From an uncultured Alphaproteobacteria bacterium (lineage in GTDB: Bacteria > Pseudomonadota > Alphaproteobacteria > Methylaequorales > Methylaequoraceae): a DNA stretch of 64,000 nt. This document shows positions 58,431 through 64,000 of this stretch, piece by piece. Numbering within the stretch: the first letter of the stretch is position 1; every line of letters begins with the position of its first letter. Location: NCBI GenBank assembly GCA_902617375.1, contig CACMWI010000001.1, positions 64,090 to 128,089 on the forward strand, given 5' to 3'. The notes beneath the pieces were generated by a model. The model was not told the origin of the DNA. It searched no databases and saw only the letters and a list, made by a program, of their open reading frames with translations. The translations under genes and the position numbers were made by a program.

Positions 58431-60817
58431 TATCTTAATTTCGCTTTAAATTGTGTCTTAGCTTGAGAAATTATTTTAGTGGATAACTCATTAATTTCAT
58501 TTTCGCTTAGAGTTTTTGAGTCCGATTGGATAATCACTTCCAAAGCAATTGCCCGCAAATTTTCATTCTCATAATTATCAAAAACTTTTACATCGGAGAT
58601 TATGTCTCTATCAATGTTTTTAATATAATTAACAAGATCTATTGACTTAAGCCTTTTATCCACTTCAAAAGAAAAGTCCCTTACTGAGTGTTGAAAATTA
58701 GATTCGAAAAATTTGTTTTTTGTTTGAATTCTTTTTTTTATATTTTCTAAAATCTCTGAAATATATAACTCAAGAATAATGACCGTATTTTTAATCTTAA
58801 AACTTTTTGAAACATTAGGATGAATCTCACCAAAACTAGCAATTTTTAATTCAGAAAAATATACGGAACAACTTTTTCCTGGATGAAAAAAATTATTATT
58901 TTCGTTTTTAATTTTGATCTTATCTAAGGGTATTTTCAGTAATCTAAGCAAACTTACTAAATCGGATTTTATATCAAAAACATCGTAATTTCTGTTATCA
59001 GTAGTCCAATTTTTGTCTGTTGCTTTTCCCGACCTAATTATTGTTAGACGGTCTTTTTGCTCGCCTGGGTTAATACCAGTGAAAACTGGTCCTATTTCAA
59101 ATATTGATATATTTTGGCGATCTTTATTATTATTTTTGTTTACAATATTTAATAGTCCGCCTAATAGACTTTGTCGCAAACATGATAGTTCTTCACTGAT
59201 AGGGTTTTGAATTTCAATATTATCTGTATCTCCTATTACATTTTCCTCCCATTTTTTATTTGAAAACGACCAAGAAATTATTTCCATGATATTTCGACTC
59301 ACAAGAAGTTCTTTTATTTGTCTTTTTAATTTTTGAGTTTCAGAAGTAACACTTGTATCATTATTTTTCTTTAAATCGAAAGCTTTGTTTGGTATCTTTT
59401 CGTAACCTAAAAGTCTACCAACCTCCTCAACCAAGTCTTCTTTAATTTTTAAATCTTGTCTCCAAGATGGTGGTATTATTACAAAGTTATCTTGTAAGTC
59501 TGTTATTTGACAACCTAATTTAAATAATATTTCACAAATTGAATTTTCTTCTATTTCATGACCCAATATCTTTTCAAAAAACTTTTTCTCAACACTTATT
59601 TTAGTAAAAGATTTAGTCAGATCAGAATCAGAAATAATTGAACCAACTTTTCCCCCACAAAGTTTAAGTATCATCTCCGTAGAAAGTTCAATTCCATCAA
59701 ATGTAGATTCTGGGTCTATACCTCTTTCAAATCTATATCTTGCGTCGCTGATGATGTTTAATTTACGACCTGTTGACGCAACATTTTCTGGCATAAAATA
59801 TGCTGACTCAATAAGAATATTTTTAGTATTTTCATCACAAGAAGAATTCAATCCACCCATAACGCCAGCTAAACTTATTATTTTTTTTTCATCGCAGATT
59901 ACTATCATATCATTATCCAAAGTGTATTCTTTTTCGTCTAATCCAATAAATTTTTCTCCTCTTTTTGAATTTCTTATAGTTATATCTCCTTCAATTTTAT
60001 CTAAGTCAAATACGTGTAATGGTCTGCAATAGTCAACAGTCAAATAATTAGTAACATCCACCAATGCGGATATAACTTTTAATCCTGACCCTCCAAATCG
60101 CTTGATAATCTTTTCTGGAGACTGACAATTTTTTACGTTCGTCATTTGTCGAAGTGAAAACTGAGGGCATGAATCAGATTTAAGTGTATTATTGATTTTT
60201 ATTTTACTTTCGAAATCATTTTCAATTTTTTTTATTTTTTTTTGTTTCAACTTCCCAAATCCAGATGCACTAAGATCTCTTGCAATACCGAAAACACTTG
60301 CACAATCAACTCTATTTGGTGTTATGGCAATTTCAATTTCTATAATTTCATCATCTATATATTTATTGAAATCTTCCCCAACTTTGGCGTTTTCATTTAA
60401 TTCAATAATACCCTCTGATTCCTCAGATAAATTTAATTCTTCTTCAGAGCACAACATCCCTTGAGACTCAACCCCTCTAATCTTACTTTTTTTGATTTTA
60501 AATTGATCTTCTTTATTGGGTTTAACTATACATCCAACACTTGCGAGTACTGTTTTCATATTCTTTTTTACATTTGAAGCACCGCAAACAATTTTCAAAA
60601 TTTCTTTTCCGTTATTCACATCACAAATTTTCAATTTGTCTGCATTCGGATGTGAGTTGATTTCTACGACCTCTGAAACAATGAAGTTATTAAGATCATT
60701 TTTTGGATTTTTTACTTCCTCAACCTCTAGACCAATAGAGGTTAATTTTTGGCATAATGAATCTACAGATGAATCAAACTCAAGGTATTCTTTTAACCAT
60801 GCTAACGTGAATCTCAC
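58430..60817 (-). CDS. pheT: Phenylalanine-tRNA ligase beta subunit
   Basis: HPNADKL, ITPNR.DC, RFERGID, DLVEEV.R..GY, RDFSF. Confidence 0.96.
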   Translation of the reverse strand: MRFTLAWLKEYLEFDSSVDSLCQKLTSIGLEVEEVKNPKNDLNNFIVSEVVEINSHPNADKLKICDVNNGKEILKIVCGASNVKKNMKTVLASVGCIVKPNKEDQFKIKKSKIRGVESQGMLCSEEELNLSEESEGIIELNENAKVGEDFNKYIDDEIIEIEIAITPNRVDCASVFGIARDLSASGFGKLKQKKIKKIENDFESKIKINNTLKSDSCPQFSLRQMTNVKNCQSPEKIIKRFGGSGLKVISALVDVTNYLTVDYCRPLHVFDLDKIEGDITIRNSKRGEKFIGLDEKEYTLDNDMIVICDEKKIISLAGVMGGLNSSCDENTKNILIESAYFMPENVASTGRKLNIISDARYRFERGIDPESTFDGIELSTEMILKLCGGKVGSIISDSDLTKSFTKISVEKKFFEKILGHEIEENSICEILFKLGCQITDLQDNFVIIPPSWRQDLKIKEDLVEEVGRLLGYEKIPNKAFDLKKNNDTSVTSETQKLKRQIKELLVSRNIMEIISWSFSNKKWEENVIGDTDNIEIQNPISEELSCLRQSLLGGLLNIVNKNNNKDRQNISIFEIGPVFTGINPGEQKDRLTIIRSGKATDKNWTTDNRNYDVFDIKSDLVSLLRLLKIPLDKIKIKNENNNFFHPGKSCSVYFSELKIASFGEIHPNVSKSFKIKNTVIILELYISEILENIKKRIQTKNKFFESNFQHSVRDFSFEVDKRLKSIDLVNYIKNIDRDIISDVKVFDNYENENLRAIALEVIIQSDSKTLSENEINELSTKIISQAKTQFKAKLR

Positions 60818-60818
60818 T

Positions 60819-61883
60819 TTACCTCCAAATCAAGTCAGTTTTCTCAAAAAAATTAAATCCATAATGCTCTAACCACTTTAAATCACTATCAAAAAAATCT
60901 CGAAGATCAGGCATTCCATATTTTAGCATGGCGAGCCTTTCTATCCCCATCCCAAATGCAAAACCCGTGACATCTTGTTTAACTCCTGACATTTTAAAAA
61001 CTTCAGGATGAACAAGACCACAACCTAAAATTTCCATCCATTTGTCACCCTCCCCAATAACAATTTTTCCTGACTCTTTTTTAAAATTTATATCGACCTC
61101 AGCTGATGGCTCGGTGAATGGAAAATATGAAGGTCTAAATCTAAGTTTAAGATCGTTTTTTTCAAAAAAAGTTTTACAAAAAGATTCTACGAACCATTTT
61201 AAATTTGCAAATGTTATATCCTTGTCTACCACCAAACCCTCAACTTGATGAAACATAGGCGTATGTGTCATATCTGAATCACATCTATATGTTCTTCCGG
61301 GTGCAAAAATTTTCAATGGAAGTTTATTTTTTTTTAGAGAACGAATTTGCACTGGCGATGTATGAGTTCTTAAAACGAATTTTTCATGAGTTTTACTTTT
61401 AATGTAGAATGTATCATGCATTTGTCTTGCTGGGTGATTTTCCGGAATATTCAACGCCGAAAAGTTATGAAAATCATCTTCGATATCTGGTCCCTCTTCA
61501 TAGGATAAACCCATGTCACCTAAAATATTAACTATTTCGTTGGTAGTGTGACTTATTGGATGAACTTTTGCTTCAATAAAATTAACTTCACGAGCTGGTA
61601 ATGATAAATCTATAAAATCATTCTCTAATTTTTTATTTATTTCTAAGTTTTCAATCTGGTTTTTCTTTCTAGAAAAGCAAGAAAAGAAAAGATTTTTAAA
61701 ACCATTTAACTTTTCACCCACACTTTTTTTCTCTTCAATAGACAATGTTGATAAAGATTTCAGTGCATTAGTAAAAGTACCATTTTTGCCGAAATATTTC
61801 ACTCTTACTTGTTCAAGCTTTTCACTTGCATTTGAATCTTCAACCTCTTTCAAGGCTGATTGAATTATTTCATCGTAATTCAT
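60819..61883 (-). CDS. pheS: Phenylalanine-tRNA ligase alpha subunit
   Basis: HPARQMHDTF, LRTHTSPVQ, FPFTEPS, GFAFGMGIER. Confidence 0.97.
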   Translation of the reverse strand: MNYDEIIQSALKEVEDSNASEKLEQVRVKYFGKNGTFTNALKSLSTLSIEEKKSVGEKLNGFKNLFFSCFSRKKNQIENLEINKKLENDFIDLSLPAREVNFIEAKVHPISHTTNEIVNILGDMGLSYEEGPDIEDDFHNFSALNIPENHPARQMHDTFYIKSKTHEKFVLRTHTSPVQIRSLKKNKLPLKIFAPGRTYRCDSDMTHTPMFHQVEGLVVDKDITFANLKWFVESFCKTFFEKNDLKLRFRPSYFPFTEPSAEVDINFKKESGKIVIGEGDKWMEILGCGLVHPEVFKMSGVKQDVTGFAFGMGIERLAMLKYGMPDLRDFFDSDLKWLEHYGFNFFEKTDLIWR

Positions 61884-61895
61884 TCTAGGGTTGCT

Positions 61896-62246
61896 TTAAG
61901 CAGCCTTTACTTTTGCCACTATTTCTTTAAAAGATTCTGGTTCGAGCGCAGCAATATCGGCTAAGACTTTTCTGTTAAAATTAAGATTAACTTTTTTCAA
62001 TCCATTCATAAAGGTCGAGTATTTTATTCCATTTAATCTACACCCTGCGTTTATCCTTTGAATCCAAAGTCTTCTAAACTCTCTTTTTTTTACTTTTCTA
62101 TCTCTGTAAGCGTACTGCCCTGCTTTTTCAACAGCTTGGTTGGCCACTTTAAAAGTGTTTTTTCTTCTTCCAAAATAACCTTTAGCTCTCTTTAAAATTT
62201 TTTTGTGTCTTGACCTTGTTACACTGCCTGCTTTCACTCGTGACAT
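61896..62246 (-). CDS. rplT: 50S ribosomal protein L20
   Basis: MSRVK, AKGY.G, YAYRDR..KKR.FR.LWI.RINA. Confidence 0.97.
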   Translation of the reverse strand: MSRVKAGSVTRSRHKKILKRAKGYFGRRKNTFKVANQAVEKAGQYAYRDRKVKKREFRRLWIQRINAGCRLNGIKYSTFMNGLKKVNLNFNRKVLADIAALEPESFKEIVAKVKAA

Positions 62247-62251
62247 CTAGA

Positions 62252-62455
62252 TTACCTTAGTTTCGCATTAATATATTTTTTCACAATTTTTGTATCTTGT
62301 TTGGACATCACAGTTGGACCTCTTGACGACCTTTTCATGGTTTTAGTTCTTTTTGTTAGATTATGTCTTTTTCCGCTTGCAAACATCAACACTTTACCTG
62401 TTGCAGTTACTTTGAATCTTTTTTTTGTACCACTTTTTGTTTTTATTTTAGGCAT
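62252..62455 (-). CDS. rpmI: 50S ribosomal protein L35
   Basis: [24 protein letters not shown] at 62455. Confidence 0.95.
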   Translation of the reverse strand: MPKIKTKSGTKKRFKVTATGKVLMFASGKRHNLTKRTKTMKRSSRGPTVMSKQDTKIVKKYINAKLR

Positions 62456-62509
62456 AATAAAATTATTTATAGCGTTTTTTTTTGTCAAAGCAAGGTCGTT
62501 TTTTTAAAG

Positions 62510-63043
62510 CTATCTTGGTGCTACAACCATAATCATATGTTTGCCTTCGAGTGTTGGTACCTGCTCAATTTTTGCCAAGGGTTCTATCTCACTCTCTAAT
62601 TTTTTAAGAACATCCATGCCTCTTTGATGATATGCCATTTCTCTTCCTTTAAATCTTAATGTAATCTTGACTTTATCACCTCCATTTAGAAAACGTTGAA
62701 TAGACTTTAGTTTTACATCATAGTCATGGTCTTCGATGCCAGGTCTAAGTTTCACTTCTTTCACCTCAAAGGTTTTTTGTTTTTTTTTGGCTTCAGCCTG
62801 CTTTTTTTGTACTTGATACTTATATTTTCCATAATCTATGATTTTACAGACAGGAGGTGACGCATTGGGTGAAACTTCAACAAGATCCAAGCCCTGTTCA
62901 AATGCAAGTTTTACTGCATCCTGAACGTCATAAACTCCTAACATTTCCCCTTTTTCTGAGATTACTCTTACAGATTTAGATTTGATTCTTTCGTTGATAG
63001 CTGGACCTTGCAGCTTTGGTGAGTGAAATCTACCTTTATTCAT
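62510..63043 (-). CDS. infC: Translation initiation factor IF-3
   Basis: INERI, LDLVEVSP...PPVCKI.DYGKYKY, KEVKLRP.I..HDY. Confidence 0.96.
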   Translation of the reverse strand: MNKGRFHSPKLQGPAINERIKSKSVRVISEKGEMLGVYDVQDAVKLAFEQGLDLVEVSPNASPPVCKIIDYGKYKYQVQKKQAEAKKKQKTFEVKEVKLRPGIEDHDYDVKLKSIQRFLNGGDKVKITLRFKGREMAYHQRGMDVLKKLESEIEPLAKIEQVPTLEGKHMIMVVAPR

Positions 63044-63118
63044 ATTTAACTAATTGCATACTTTAAAAAAATTCCTTTCATCCTGCAATTTACATTATCT
63101 CTTCAAAATATTCACACT

Positions 63119-64000
63119 TTAAGCAATTCTGCAAGAAATTTTTATTTTTTTTATGAAGTCTTCAACACTTAACTCATCCTGATTTTTAGTTCCCAAAGTT
63201 CTAAGAACAACTTGCTTATTTTTAACTTCCTTGTCTCCGATGATGCCAATAAAGTTTATTTTTTGGTTTGAGAGCTCTCTTATTTTATAATTCAATTTCT
63301 CGTTTCGAATGTCTGTAATACACTTTATATTTATTTTTTTTAAATCATTTGCTAATTCTTCTGCATAATTTATACAATTTGAATTAATTGTTGCTAGGGC
63401 AACTTGAATTGGACTTAACCAAGCAGGGAGTCTCCCTGAGTAATTTTCAATTAAAATACCAATAAATCTCTCAAATGAACCAAGGATTGCTCTGTGTAAC
63501 ATCACAGGCCTATATTTTTTTCCATCTTCTCCAATGTAAGAGGCATCCAATCTTTCTGGTAAAACAAAATCAACCTGAAGAGTTCCACACTGCCAATCTC
63601 TTCCAATTGCGTCTCTCAAAACAAACTCGAGTTTTGGACCATAAAAAGCCCCTTCCCCTGGATTGAGTTCATAGTTATACCCAGCCATTTCAACGGCATT
63701 TGTAAGGGATTTCTCAGCCCGATCCCAAACTTTATCACTACCTGCTCTATTAACCGGACGATCAGAAAACTTTATAACAACGTCTTTAAAGCCAAAATCT
63801 TCATACACTTCCATTAGTAGCTTACAAAATTCTGACGTCTCGGAAATTATTTGCTTCTCAGTACAGAAAATATGAGCATCATCTTGAACAAATGATCTTA
63901 ATCTCATTAAACCATGTAATGCACCTGACGGTTCGTTTCTATGGCAACAACCAAATTCAGACATTCTTAAAGGTAGCTGCTTATAACTTTTAATACCTTG
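63119..64000 (-). CDS. thrS: Threonine-tRNA ligase (5' part outside the window)
   Basis: [40 protein letters not shown]. Confidence 0.97.
   Translation of the reverse strand, partial: QGIKSYKQLPLRMSEFGCCHRNEPSGALHGLMRLRSFVQDDAHIFCTEKQIISETSEFCKLLMEVYEDFGFKDVVIKFSDRPVNRAGSDKVWDRAEKSLTNAVEMAGYNYELNPGEGAFYGPKLEFVLRDAIGRDWQCGTLQVDFVLPERLDASYIGEDGKKYRPVMLHRAILGSFERFIGILIENYSGRLPAWLSPIQVALATINSNCINYAEELANDLKKINIKCITDIRNEKLNYKIRELSNQKINFIGIIGDKEVKNKQVVLRTLGTKNQDELSVEDFIKKIKISCRIA

Overview
AT-rich (roughly 30% GC by eye), densely packed chromosomal segment. Gene order and protein families point to a streamlined, probably marine, alphaproteobacterium. Most of the window is housekeeping: metZ-apaG-trkH, argD/argF, nrdAB, panBC, ggt, rpmH-rnpA-yidC-engB-argB-dapD-dapE, def-fmt-truA, dnaX-ybaB-recR, yejABEF, nhaD, selO and thrS-infC-rpmI-rplT-pheS-pheT-lepA, plus tRNA-Arg(ACG), tRNA-Ser(GGA) and SRP RNA. 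Two non-routine systems stand out. (1) A 7.35-kb integrative element in tRNA-Ser, bounded by an exact 23-bp att repeat. Its only recognisable mobility gene is a tyrosine integrase. It also has tandem TAGGGGTAA arm-like sites, a structured 700-bp non-coding core (ten 12-bp tandem units, an 'empty' promoter-ATG-TAA-terminator unit, GC-rich hairpins) and an array of small envelope-targeted orphan genes, several of which reuse the same promoter/signal-peptide module. (2) Candidate lanthanide-handling genes: a TonB-dependent receptor followed by a lanpepsy (LanP)-like double-PepSY gene broken by one in-frame TAA, and a PQQ-dehydrogenase-associated ABC binding protein at the window start. All family calls are from motif recognition by eye; no database searches were run.
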